This document shows, one piece after another, positions 37,561-49,035 of a DNA stretch of 64,000 bases. Origin of the DNA: Podarcis pityusensis (Eukaryota); the NCBI GenBank assembly GCA_964106645.2, contig OZ067040.1, one strand, 5' to 3'. Made by a program: the position numbers and the translations under genes. The notes below the pieces were generated by a model. The model worked only from the letters and a program-made list of their open reading frames with translations. It did not search any database and was not told the DNA's origin. Position 1 is the first letter of the stretch; each line of letters begins with the position of its first letter.

Positions 37561-38750
37561 AAGTGGAGAGGGGGCTCGAAAGCTACCCAGCCTTGGCTGT
37601 GAGGCTGGTGGCTTTGACATCTCCTGAAAGTCATTCTTGGGGCGACTCAGTGCAAAAGTTCCTCTTTTGCGGAGCAAAACTTAAGAAAGGAATCCACGGG
37701 TTGTTTACGGAGAAGGATCCAATGGGGTTTCTTGAGCCTGTGCTAAGTCGTGAGCCCTTTACGACCCAAATTGCCTCCCCCCCCCCCCCTTGAATAGCAC
37801 CTGTTGTAAAAAGTTAGTCAGATGAAATCAACATTACATTACAAGCACCTGCTTTACTATTCTGCTCCCTGTTGGTTTGCTTGTCCCGGCTATTCTTTAG
37901 GCTTAGGTCTCCATTTGTTGGAAGAATTGAATGTTGAGGTGGTGCTGTTTTTGGCTTTTTGGACGATCACTTTCATCTCAGCCTAATCACGGTTTCTGAA
38001 TATGATTATGAGCAATGTGCCTGCTTGTAATCTGTCAGGTATCCTTGGGGATTTAATTTCAGTGGTAAAAGTGTAATTTCCACCAGTGAATTTTGCATAC
38101 CTATCAAATAGATACTGTATTGCATGATTGAACCTCCTTTCCCAAGCTGATGTGTAAATTCTGCTACTTTTTTCTCTGCCTCTTAATGTATGATGTATTG
38201 AGGAGAACCTGTGGTTTGTTAAACTTGTGCAGTTTCAACTTTGCCTGAACCAATATTTTTAACTGTGACTTTGGATTTCACACACTTTTTTTTAAGAGAG
38301 AGAACTGTAGAGTGATTTATCAGGTCTTCTATGGTGTATGCATGCAGAGAATTAAATATTTCTAATACTCCTTTCATGTTGCTCATTCTCTTCCTCCCTC
38401 CCCTGAGGTTCAATAATTCAATAGCTACGGCGGATCAAAAATGTTCAGCTACACCATACATGCCCTGAATTTAATTAGTTCAACTACTTTAACCACACCA
38501 GTTGCGGAATGGGGCTAGACCTGACTAATGGAAAACTTAACTCTTTCAGTATTTTTAAAGTGTTTATTGGCAGACAAGCAAAAGGAGAGTAGAACTGTTG
38601 TGATCGAAACTGTTTACTGACAGTTAACTGTAAGAAAAATAATAAGAAAAAGAACAATAATTGGATTGCCCCCCCCCCCAGTGTTTCAAACTGTTAGAGT
38701 AGTATTTAGCCTTGTGACCTCAGGCTAATTAAATTATATGCATTCCTAGG

Positions 38751-39690
38751 TATTATTATTTATTGCTTATAACCCCTTTATCCTCAAAAGGAAGAGTGGT
38801 TAACAATAGACATAAAATAAAACAATAAAAATAGTGTAAACAACACATTAAAAATGAATTAAGCAGTATGATACAATTATCACAATCCAAAGCAGTCAAC
38901 AGCACAATAAAATATATCAACAGAACCACCCTTCTCATGCTCTGAAGGCTAATATAAATAAGTTGATGCTCAAATGGGTATAGCAATCTGAATATGCACT
39001 AGAAGAGAGTTCCACAAGTGAGTTGCTGCTGCTGAGGGCTTACTGAACGAAGGCATTACTAGCAGAGCCTCTCCAGCGCATCTTAAAAGCCCACGTTGGG
39101 TGGTACTGAGTGAGATACTTCCTCAAGCTCGGAGGCCCTGAATCATTTAGATTTATATTCAAATACTGTACCAATACCTGGAATTGTGCCCAATAGCTTA
39201 CAGAACAGCCAGTGCAGTGCAGTGCAGCACCTGCAAGATTGGTGTTAGGGAATTCCACTTTGCTGCCTCAGATAGGAAATGGGCAGCAATATTATGTGCC
39301 AACCGCATCTTCAGTACTTTCTTCAAGGACAACCCCACTTACAGCAAAATACAGGAATCCAATTTTGAGGTTATCAGAGCATGGACCAATCACCACTGGT
39401 CCACTGGCTTTGGGCTCTCATATTTCAGTGGTGCGCTGTGCAACGCTAAAATTCAGTGGTCCTGCCTGCTCAGTTCTACAGCATTGTTTTGGTGCCCCCT
39501 GCAGGGTGGTGCCCAGTGCGACCACACTGGACATGCTACCTTAAAACCGCCTCTGCCTAGACCTCTGTAACCAAGTTATCTAACAGTGTATCTTGGGCAT
39601 CAGTTGAAGCTAGGCGTTAGTTAGCACTGCTTGCCACTGTGGCCGCCTGAGCATCCAGTGTTGTATCCAGGAGAACTCCCAAACTATCCC
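38751..39690 (-). mobile_element. Old L2 LINE 3' fragment interrupted by a short insertion (~39390-39560)
   Basis: Minus-strand remnants like WAQFQVLV and SKLDSC. A/T-rich (TAT)n tail at left. Confidence 0.65.
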
Positions 39691-40043
39691 CACATGATTG
39701 TCTGAAGATTTGGGAAGAATGAATCTGTTCTACTGAAAAGTTTTAGGTAGAATAAATAGCTCCAGAAAATGTCACAGGTTTTACAGAAGTGAGAGTTTCT
39801 GTTCTATGTATCTGAACTTGATTTGCCTTTATTTCAATTTACAGTTATCATAGATTTCAAAGGTTGTTGTTGTTATTAGTAGTTGTTTTTTGTAAAACTG
39901 TGTGTGCTACATACAGTAATCTCAACAAGCAAGTAACTCAGAATTATCTCCTTTATGCTCAGTATCAACCTTTGTTACAAAGTTCATACCCACAATAGGC
40001 CTCCATTTCCATCTCTCCCCCCCACAAATGTATTAATATTACG

Positions 40044-40190
40044 TATTTATTATTTTTATACCCCACCTTTCTTCATCAGTGGAACTGAAAGTGGTGTACA
40101 TGGGATTCTCATGTGATCTCCCATCCAGGTACTGATCAGACTTGCTTAGTTTCAGTGAGGTGTTGGCCTCCATGTTTCTTCAGATCATGG
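40044..40190 (-). mobile_element. 5S-rRNA-derived SINE-like element with L2/MIR-type tail
   Basis: Reverse complement of 40102-40154 is GAAACTAAGCAAG..TCAGTACCTGGATGGGAGATCACATGAGAATCCC, matching 5S box A and box C. Then ...AAAGGTGGGGTATAAAAATAATAAATA tail. Confidence 0.7.
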
Positions 40191-41547
40191 TCTAGCACTC
40201 AAAAAAAGGAGACCCAGATAATAGGGGAAAGGAGAAGGGGAGGAAGGAGGAAGGAAAGAAGGTAAAAAAAACCCTAAAAAAAGAAAGGCAAGCCAGGGAT
40301 AAGGAGAGAAACAAGGGACACTGGTACCAGGCACTGTTGCTTGAGGCAGGTGGGGACAAGCAGCAATCAATGCATTAATTCCTTACATTCCACATTATTA
40401 ATACATGTATTCATTCATATGTTGAACTACGACAACAGCAATGGGATTTATTTCCTCTGCTTTTTATTGTTTTTTTAAAAAAACGAAAATAGTTGACTAT
40501 GGATGAGGTTACACGGAGTGCAATTTCTGGCAAATTTTGGTACTGTGGGAGATGTACAAGGTGAGACAAACAGAGTTTAACTGGGTGTCTGGAGAAAGTT
40601 AATGTAGCAGAGAAAACAGCAACCTTAGTTTTGCCAGTTTCATAGTGCAGTTGCCGGGGCAAAATGAGTCATTATAGCTGGTAATTCAGTGTGAAGATTC
40701 AGTGATGTAGAGTGTTTCAGCTTTAAAATGATGGAATAGCTAAACATCTCCTTTGCCTGCACTTTTATCACTTTAGAAACAAACAAAGAGAGAAGTCTTT
40801 ATGCTCATGTCTGTGGGAGCATCTGTAGGGGCATAAGGAGTGGTGGGAAAGTGCTCTTCTTATTCAGCAGGTATTATGGGTTAGGGGAGCTTTGACTTTG
40901 ACAGACATTTACTATGAGAGGGTCAGCAGTAAAAGAGAACTTTGCAAAGATCTCATTTGGAAACCTACATTTTTTCAGGAAATTGTTGTGGATCAAATCT
41001 TCCCTTGGTTTTGGTCTATGCAAAAACTTTTACCAGGCATATTTTGAATATTACATTTTTTAAAAATCCTAGGATACAATAGGAGATGCTGATTATGGTA
41101 TTATGTTAAATTGCAGTTATGAAAGCTGGCAGTGGAAATAGAGCCAATACAGTTCTTCACTGATTTCAGTCAGATTTCCCCCCCCCCCCCGTAGTAATAA
41201 TAATGGGAATAATAATGAGATTTTTTTTTGCTCTGGGTGTCATGAAGGTTGTGCATTTATGACAGTTTAAAAACATTTGCTTACTACAGATGAAATATAT
41301 GCAGGAATGAGAGTCAGCATTTGGATTTGCTGAACTGGAAATGACTGTCCTGTTGCTTGTCCTAGCTAATTAACCTCATGAAATATTTCAGTACTAGTCA
41401 TTGCATTAGAATGTAAGCATGTAAGAGTAGTTTTCCTGGTTATTAATTGGGTCGATAGAGAATTAATTGTTTTTTTAAAAAACCATCCTGCTGTAGTGTT
41501 CTACTAATCTTCCATACATGCGTACTCTGTGTGTGTAGACTTTATAG

Positions 41548-41780
41548 CAGAGCTTTCCAAACCTTTCATGTTGGTGGCACACTTTTTAGACATGCATCAT
41601 TTCGCGGCACAGTCAGTTTTGCATCATTTCGCAGCTCAGTAATTCAGTTTTACTAGCAAACCAGAGGCTAAACTAACCCCTTTCCAGCTCCGGGAGCAAT
41701 GTGGGGAGCGTTCGCGCGACACACCTACACACTGCAGCTGACACACGAACGTGTTGCGACACACAGTTTTGAAAGCTTTG
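41548..41780. mobile_element. hAT MITE
   Basis: TIR CAGAGCTTTCCAAAC / GTTTTGAAAGCTTTG. Perfect 8-bp TSD CTTTATAG. Confidence 0.92.
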
Positions 41781-42532
41781 CTTTATAGTATACGCTTACG
41801 CATTTTTTGCTCTCAGTCTTGTAACTCGTTTAGTGCAAGTTGTAGTTATGAAGTTTAATCTTTGTAGGGAATCTGAAATGTATCCTACTTTGCATTCTTG
41901 ATCTTTTGATCAGAATAAATTATATATGTTCAAAGAAGCCAGTGGGGTTTCTGTTTCATAACAAAACTAAAATTAGAATTACATTTCTCTGGTGCAAGTG
42001 TAATTTTACGAATTCCTATTACAGCAATAGGAATAACCCTGCTAACATTCTTTTCAGTGTGATATGTGCAGCAGAACTTTCTAGATGATTATTCCTGTTT
42101 TTTATAAGTAATACTGAAAAGTGTTGGACAAGAAATTCTGCTTATAATATAAAATGCTTTAGAAAAATTTTCTGTAAGAATTTCTTTCTGATGCTAGATA
42201 TCTTTATTTGGATGGATTTGTGAATAATATACTTTAAGTATATGTATATATAATATTTACGAGCCTTAATTGGAAAATACAATTTTATTTTATTTCTTAA
42301 GAAGAACGTTTTGGGATAGTCTGCTTTAGGCTTGCAAAACTATGCTAAGTGAACAAAAAGCATAAGTTCATTATGGTTTAGTTGGCTATTGCTAGCAGTA
42401 TGTAAAAGAACAGTTTCTCTGTATTGAGGTGAATAATGCCAGCTTACATATGCATCAGGAATATTAACTATTGGCACACATAACTTTGTCATATGTTGTA
42501 GCATTCCTACCCACATTTTTTTTAACAGTCAG

Positions 42533-42954
42533 CAGTGTTGTGTTAGAAACTAGGATAGGAGCCATGTGGCTTCCAGGACCTAGGTTGTGGACACCAAAAC
42601 AAAAGGTCTAGGCACCATTTTTTTTTCAGCCCTGCAGGGGGGAAAGAAAGCTGCCAGGCAAATCAGGGGTCTACAGGGAAGCATGGCAGCAAAGAGGTGT
42701 CTTTTGCTACCGCCATACCCCGCCAAACACATTCACCCAGCAGCAAAAAATAATAATACACATCTTTTGCTCCTTCGCTGCTGGGCAATTCAGGTGGGGG
42801 TAGCATGGCAGCAAATGATGCATGTCTTTTGCTGCCGCTGTGCCCAGCAGACCAGCTGACTGTAGCCCGGCAGGTGGAAATGTTAGGCACCAAGGGTGGT
42901 CCCTGAACATCTCCAGGCAAAATGCGACTGGCGCCCAGCTAATTTCGAACGCTG
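42533..42954. mobile_element. Old hAT-like element with repeated internal hairpins
   Basis: Termini CAGTGTT[GTGTT]AGAAACTAG / CTAATTTCGAACGCTG. Flanks ACAGTCAG / GCGGTTAG differ only by transitions. Confidence 0.55.
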
Positions 42955-44702
42955 GCGGTTAGATTGAGGTTTTGTCCCACATCTCCCCAAAAGTTACCTT
43001 TTTATAAAAGCTGGATGATTGCTGGAAGACACCCTTGTATAGATCCAGGAAGATACCTGGGAGATGAGTGTTGCTTTTTCTTAAAGCAAATCCATAGCTA
43101 AGCGAAATCTTCAGTAGAATTCACATTAGCTACACCCAAACCAAAATTAATTTAATCTTGATCCTGCTGCAGAACCCTTTCCTCACTGTCTTTAGTTTGG
43201 AGAAGCATTAAGCTCTCAGTCTATAACCACAGGTGATGGTTATAGAGGTGCTGGTAATTCTCCAGTAGTTTGACCTTACCCATAAAGGTGCACTGTCCCA
43301 TTGTCTCCTAAGACAGTCCAAACATATGGATTTTAAACAATTGATTAACACCCAGAGAGCTGTATGTGGCATTTGTATTCCACTGTTCTTGACAGACTTC
43401 CTTGTGTTTCCCAAAAGGCCAGTCATGAGGTTTAAGAGACCTCCAGAACTGCATGTGATGTGGGGAGGTGTACAGCTGAGGGCTGTGTGGAAATGAGCCT
43501 CTGTCAAAGTGCATTCCACACATGCACACGAGTCTTCAGATCACTACTGTTTACTATACATAATTCCCAGCTTAATGCAGTTTATTCAAGTAAAGTACAT
43601 AGAAAAACAATTGGGACTTTGGGAATTCTAGATTTAAAACAAGAATATAAGCCAATTAAAAACTTAAGTGCAGGCTAGATATTTATGGTTGGGGTTCAAG
43701 TTGTGCAGGTATGAATTTTTCCTTCCGTTGTTAAGCTAACTACATTTTCCCTTGTTTTCTTAAATGTTGAATTCACTCACACTAACCTAGCTGAACAGTT
43801 AAGCATTTCATTCAACTGTGGAGAATAAAATAAGCATTGCAGCTGAAACCGCCCCTCCCTGGTCCAGTGTGAGCACTTCCTCTCTTTTGCCTTTTGTAGG
43901 AACATATGAATAGCCTTGCTGGATCAAACCAAACACACATGGTTGTGCTCTCCAGTAACTGGTAAGAGACACTTTCTCAAATTGGCAGAAGCTGAAGGAG
44001 AAAGAGTATGCAGGAGACAGTGTGAGCCACCTCTTAACACTTATTTCCAAGACTGTCTTAATCTCTTTCTAGGGCCCAACAGTTGAATGAGATAATATTT
44101 GATACAAGCCTTTTCCTTCCATAACGCAAATGTTTCAACCAAACATCTTTCTTTGAACAGAGCTCAATCATTTAATATAAAAGTCTGATTTGCTTTTTGT
44201 GATGCCCCTTTTGAATGGCTTTGCATCAGAGAGCCAGGTATGTTCTGCTTTAAAAAACAAACAAACCAATCTCATGAGTGCAGGTGTTTTTGTAGAGTCT
44301 TACTTGGCTGTAAAACAATCCGGCTGTTAAGAATGTATTAGTATCTATGGTTTAAATTGTTGTTTTTCATGTCAAAGAAAAGTAAATGACGTTTTTTGAA
44401 TTCTACAAGGGGAATTAGGAAAACAAAGATGTTACATTCCAGCAACTCATGAGATTTTGCTGTCACACAATTGAAATTAAAGACATACCCAGTGGCAGTT
44501 AGTGCCTCCAGAAAGTGGAAGCCCACCGAGTCCATCCTCGTCCAGCCGTTCCCTTACAGCCAACAAAACTCCACCTCCCTGACCCTTCCATTTCCATCCA
44601 TGATAACTAAATTGAACCTCCATGTTCAGAATTTTATACCTGTCACTACTTTATCATGGGATGAATACGATGATGTCTTTATGCCATTTGTAAGCTTTCT
44701 GC

Positions 44703-45049
44703 GGGACGCGGATGGCACTGTGGGTTAAACCACAGAGCCTAGGACTTGCCGATCAGAAGGTCGGCGGTTCGAATCCCGCGATGGGGTGAGCTCCCGTTGC
44801 TTGGTCCCTGCTCCTGCCAACCTAGCAGCTTGAAAGCACGTCAAAGTGCAAGTAGATAAATAGGTACCGCTCCGGCGGGAAGGTAAATGGCATTTCCGTG
44901 CGCTGCTCTGGTTCGCCAGAAGCGGCTTAGTCATGCTGGCCGCATGACCCGGAAGCTGTACGCCAGCTCCCTCGGCCAATATAGCGAGATGAGTGCCGCA
45001 ACCCCAGAGTCGGTCACGACTGGACTTAATGGTCAAGGGTCCCTTTACC
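44703..45049 (+). mobile_element. Sauria SINE (Squam1), full length
   Basis: GGGACGCG start, A/B boxes, CCTTTACC end. Perfect 12-bp TSD TAAGCTTTCTGC. Confidence 0.96.
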
Positions 45050-45776
45050 TAAGCTTTCTGCAGATGATGATGTTGAAAACTGAGTAATGCAGTAGAAGGC
45101 AACAAGTTGTCTTACTTAAGACCAAGAAAACGAGTCAATGGCAGAGGTAGGATTTCAGCCCTAAAATGAAACACCCAAAATAAATGAGTCGTTTCAAATG
45201 CTTTCAGGGTGCACTGGAACTCAAACCATGGTGTGCACACTGGTGCCCTTGGGTTGAATCATTCAAAACTGTAGGGTGGTGGAAGAGGAAGGGCAACATT
45301 GTTCTCCTAACCTACAACATTGCTTCCCCCATCTCGCCCCCTCTTTCCTTGAGGAGGAAACTACTGGATTCTGACTTTGAATGGCTCCAACTATCTTGGT
45401 TTGTCAACCTGTTTAGAGGTGTAAAATGCATGGAAACCTGAAAGCTATAGGGTAAAAATTTTACATTCCTCCACAGAAAAAAAATACCCCCAGAAAGATT
45501 GGAATATATGCCATATATGCAATACTCATCACACACTTAGATATGCTTACTCAGAAGTAAGGTCCACAGTGTTCACTAGTAAGTGTGCTTAGGATTGTTT
45601 GATTATTTACAAACCCAAACTTACTACAAGTACATGAAATGTTTCGTAGTATTGTACTGTTAGGTATTTCATGAAATATAAAAGTATAAATGCTATAGTT
45701 TTATTCAAACAATGATAAAATATGCCTAGCATTAGTGATAGACTACAAGCTTCTGTGCCCTATGGTCCCCAATTAG

Positions 45777-46127
45777 GTAAAGGTAAAGGGACCCCTGGCC
45801 ATTAGGTTCAGTCGTGGCCGACTCGGGGGTTGCAACGCTCATCTTTCTTTATTGGCCGAGGGAGCCGGCGTACAGCTTCTGGGTCATGTGGCCAGCATGA
45901 CTAAGCCGCTTCTGGCAAACCAGAGCAGCGCATGGAAACGCTGTTTACCTTCCCGCAGGAGTGGTACCTATTTATCTACTTGCACTTTGATGTGCTTTCG
46001 AACTGCTAGGTTGGCAGGAGCAGGGACCGAGCAACAGGAGCTTACTCCATCGCGGGGATTCGAACCGCTGACCTTCTGATCAGCAAGTCCTAGGCTCTGG
46101 TTTAACTCACAGCGCCACCCGCGTCCC
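45777..46127 (-). mobile_element. Sauria SINE (Squam1), full length
   Basis: Reverse-complement copy ending CGCGTCCC. 15-bp TSD ATGGTCCCCAATTAG (45762-45776, 46131-46145). Confidence 0.96.
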
Positions 46128-46595
46128 TTCATGGTCCCCAATTAGTTTTTGCCAATTGGTACAGCTGGGAGAAAGAAAGAAAGCTGAATATCAAAATAAA
46201 AATACTAGTAAACAAAGGCAGGTTTTAGTATCTAGGCTTAAAAACAATAGATAATTATCACTATCATATAAAAACAGAAGAAACTTGAGGTGGTTAAAAG
46301 TGAAGAGATTTATGAAAGCAACATTCATTGTAATAAAATTACAATAAATTCTGCAATAAAATAATGGTAATAAATTTAAATATTTATTAAAAAGTAATTA
46401 CTCCTTTCAGTTATGATCTCATCTGGTGAGTGCTGACTGGATTATAGCTAAAGTTGTCCAATGTTTCTGATTATTTTTTTCCTGCCCCCTCCCCAAACTT
46501 TCACACTTGCTAGTTTCCCTGTTTGCTTGGTTCTTTGCTTTCATTTAAAAAAAAAAACTTTTCATAAAGTTGGAGGCTGTCACAGAAAAGGCCTT

Positions 46596-46840
46596 GAGAG
46601 CCAGTGTGGTGTAGTGGTTAAGAGTGGTAGACTCGTAATCTGGGGAACCGGGTTCGCGTCTCCGCTCCTCCACATGCAGCTGCTGGGCGACCTTGGGCCA
46701 GTCACACTTCTCCGAAGTCTCTCAGCCCCACTCACCTCACAGAGTGTTTTGTTGTGGGGGAGGAAGGGAAAGGAGAATGTTAGCCGCTTTGAGACTCCTT
46801 AGGATAGTGATAAAGCAGGATATCAAATCCAAACTCCTCT
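46596..46840 (+). mobile_element. Squam3-type (Ther1/MIR-derived) SINE
   Basis: GAGAGCCAGTGTGGTGTAGTGGTTAAGAG A-box, GGGTTCG B-box, CORE-like GACCTTGGGCCAGTCAC, end ATCAAATCCAAACTCCTCT. Confidence 0.85.
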
Positions 46841-47336
46841 TGGTGTTATGGATCTCCATCAATCTTCCCTAACCAAAGGATGCTAAGAAGCTGTCCAAAG
46901 TATGTCACAATTCATATAACAAGTCGGAGGATAGCTGGCAAAGGTGCAACAAAGGTGGGATGCAGTTCTGGTTAAATGATGGCAAAGGATAACAGGGTGG
47001 GAGTGGGGTAAATTGGATTTAAAGTATATCATCCTTAAGCAAAATACCATTCCCTGTTTGTAAGGAGTAGGATGGCTAATGCACATGTAGGTGTTTCCTG
47101 ATATAAGTACATCTCCCGTTTAATGTCAGAAGAGCCAAAAATTGTTTCCATGCCTTAGAAGCAGCTGGGCCTAATGAAGATTTTAACACACCACCATGAC
47201 AAAAGTGTCTTTGTTCATAGGGAAAGAACATATGTTTTTTTAAAAAATAGTCCTTGAGGCCTTACCAGTAATGGAACAATTTTTAAAATGGTAGAAATGG
47301 AATGAAGCACATTTCATTTTGAACAAAGTATATTTA

Positions 47337-47845
47337 CCGTATTTTTCGCCCTATAGGACGCACCGGCCAATAGGACGCACCTAGTTTTCAGGGGGGGGAA
47401 ATCAAGTAAAAAAATATGATCCCCCCCCCCCGCAGCTCTGGGAGCAGTGGACAGGTTGCACGCAGCCTGTGCGCTACTCCAAGACCTTCTCCCTGCTTTT
47501 GTGGGAGGTGGCGGAATTCCCCCACCTCCCGCAAAAGCCCACAGGAGCCCAGCGTGACTCCTGCGAGCTTTTCGACCAGGAAGGAGAAGGGACTGAAACG
47601 GCCAGTCAGTCCCTTCTCCCTCCTCGAGGAAAAGCCCCCAAGAGCGGTGCGCTCTTTAAAGGGTGTGCGGCTCCTGCGGGCTTTTCTAGGAGGTGGGGGA
47701 ATTCCCCCCCCCTCGTAGAAAAGCCAGCAGAAGCCACGGAGCCCATTTAACGAGTGCGCGGCTTTTGCCTGCTTTTGCAGGAGGTGGGGGAATTCCCCCA
47801 TCTCCTGCAAAAGCCCACAGGAAGGTTGGAGAGTAGCGGGAAGGC
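47337..47845. mobile_element. Tc2/pogo-type MITE, family P, copy B (right end missing)
   Basis: TA-CCGTATTTTTCGCCCTATAGGACGCACCGGCC..TAGGACGCAC left end as in copy A. Hairpin interior. Stops at AGCGGGAAGGC, where copy A continues into its right TIR. Confidence 0.88.
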
Positions 47846-47926
47846 TATAGAGTGAGATGAGCGCACAACCCTAGAGTCTGTCAAGACTGGCCCGTACGGG
47901 CAGGGGTACCTTTACCTTTTTACCTT
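47845..47926 (+). mobile_element. 5'-truncated Sauria SINE 3' end (different subfamily)
   Basis: GAGATGAGCGCACAACCCTAGAGTC...GGGGTACCTTTACCTTT, homologous to but diverged from the other four SINE tails. Confidence 0.8.
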
Positions 47927-48509
47927 AAAATCAAAAGCACAAGTTGTGCTTCCAGAATATTTGATGCTTAGTCCAAATGTGTGTATGTGTCTTAATTTTC
48001 TTGTATTAAGAGAAGCATTTTTCTTTTGCCCTGTTTAGAATTATTGATTCAACAACTCAAGGAGAGGTTCAGAATGTGATCTTATTTTCAGTCTTATTGG
48101 AAACTGATACTTTATTTAAGGAAGTATTTCTTGTAATTGTATTATTGTTGGATAAATTAATAGAAATCATGACAGACTTTATAGAACTATTTCACAGAGG
48201 AAACACCATGAATACATTAAAAATATTTTTTCCAAGTTGGGTGTGACAGGAAAATAGGATCCTTGTTTGATGTTTTGGGTGCCAAGTTAAAAACTTAAGA
48301 TGTAGTAAAATTCTAAAAAATCATATTTATAAGAGTTTGTTTGAAATGCAGTTCAAATCCTGGTTCTGAATGTTCTTGATAGCCTGTATTGGCTACTAAC
48401 AATTTCACTTGGTTCGCTTTTCTTTCATGTCTGATTACCACAAAATGTACCTGTATTTGAGATCCTTACACTTCTGATAATTTATGATAATATCGCATAT
48501 AAAACAGGT

Positions 48510-49035
48510 AACAGAAGCATAGTGTCCAGATCAAGGAAAACAATTGTTCTGCTCTGTGCTATCCTGGCCACATCTAGTGCTGGACATTTAAAGACGGATA
48601 TTGTTAAACTGAAACATGTCCTGAGGAATATGATCAAAATGGTGGGGGGTATGGATGGAAACCAAGGCCTATCCTATGAGGAGCTATTGAAAGAGTTGGT
48701 TTTACTGAGCCTTTATAAAAGAAGAGTAAGGGGAGACATGATAGTAACCTTCACATATCCGAAGGGCTGTCACATAGAAGATAGACCAGATTAATTTTCT
48801 GTTGCTCTGGAAAAATACTGGGTGGAAGTGGCAGGGAAGCAGGCTTCAGGTAAGTGTTTGGAGAAACTTGGGCAGGGGGCAGCCTGCTTCAGTAGGTGGT
48901 GGGCACTCCTTTGCTGGATGTATTTAAGTGGAAGTTAGATAACTGTCAAAGCTGCTGCTGTTGCTTCCTGCACTGTACAACAGGAGATTGGACTAGAGAG
49001 CTTCCAATATCTCTTTAAACTTTGATTTTGTGGTT
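48510..49035 (+). mobile_element. Degraded CR1 LINE 3' fragment
   Basis: ORF 48522-48794 has SYEELLKEL..SLYKRRVRGDMI..KGCH. 3' TTGGACTAGA motif. Confidence 0.8.

Noticed and set aside
37415-37627. 70-aa single-exon ORF
   Set aside because: It starts at a non-ATG codon and reads through the donor at 37532. Only 37436-37531 is coding.
40102-40154. 5S rRNA gene
   Set aside because: Only a partial, internally deleted control region is present.
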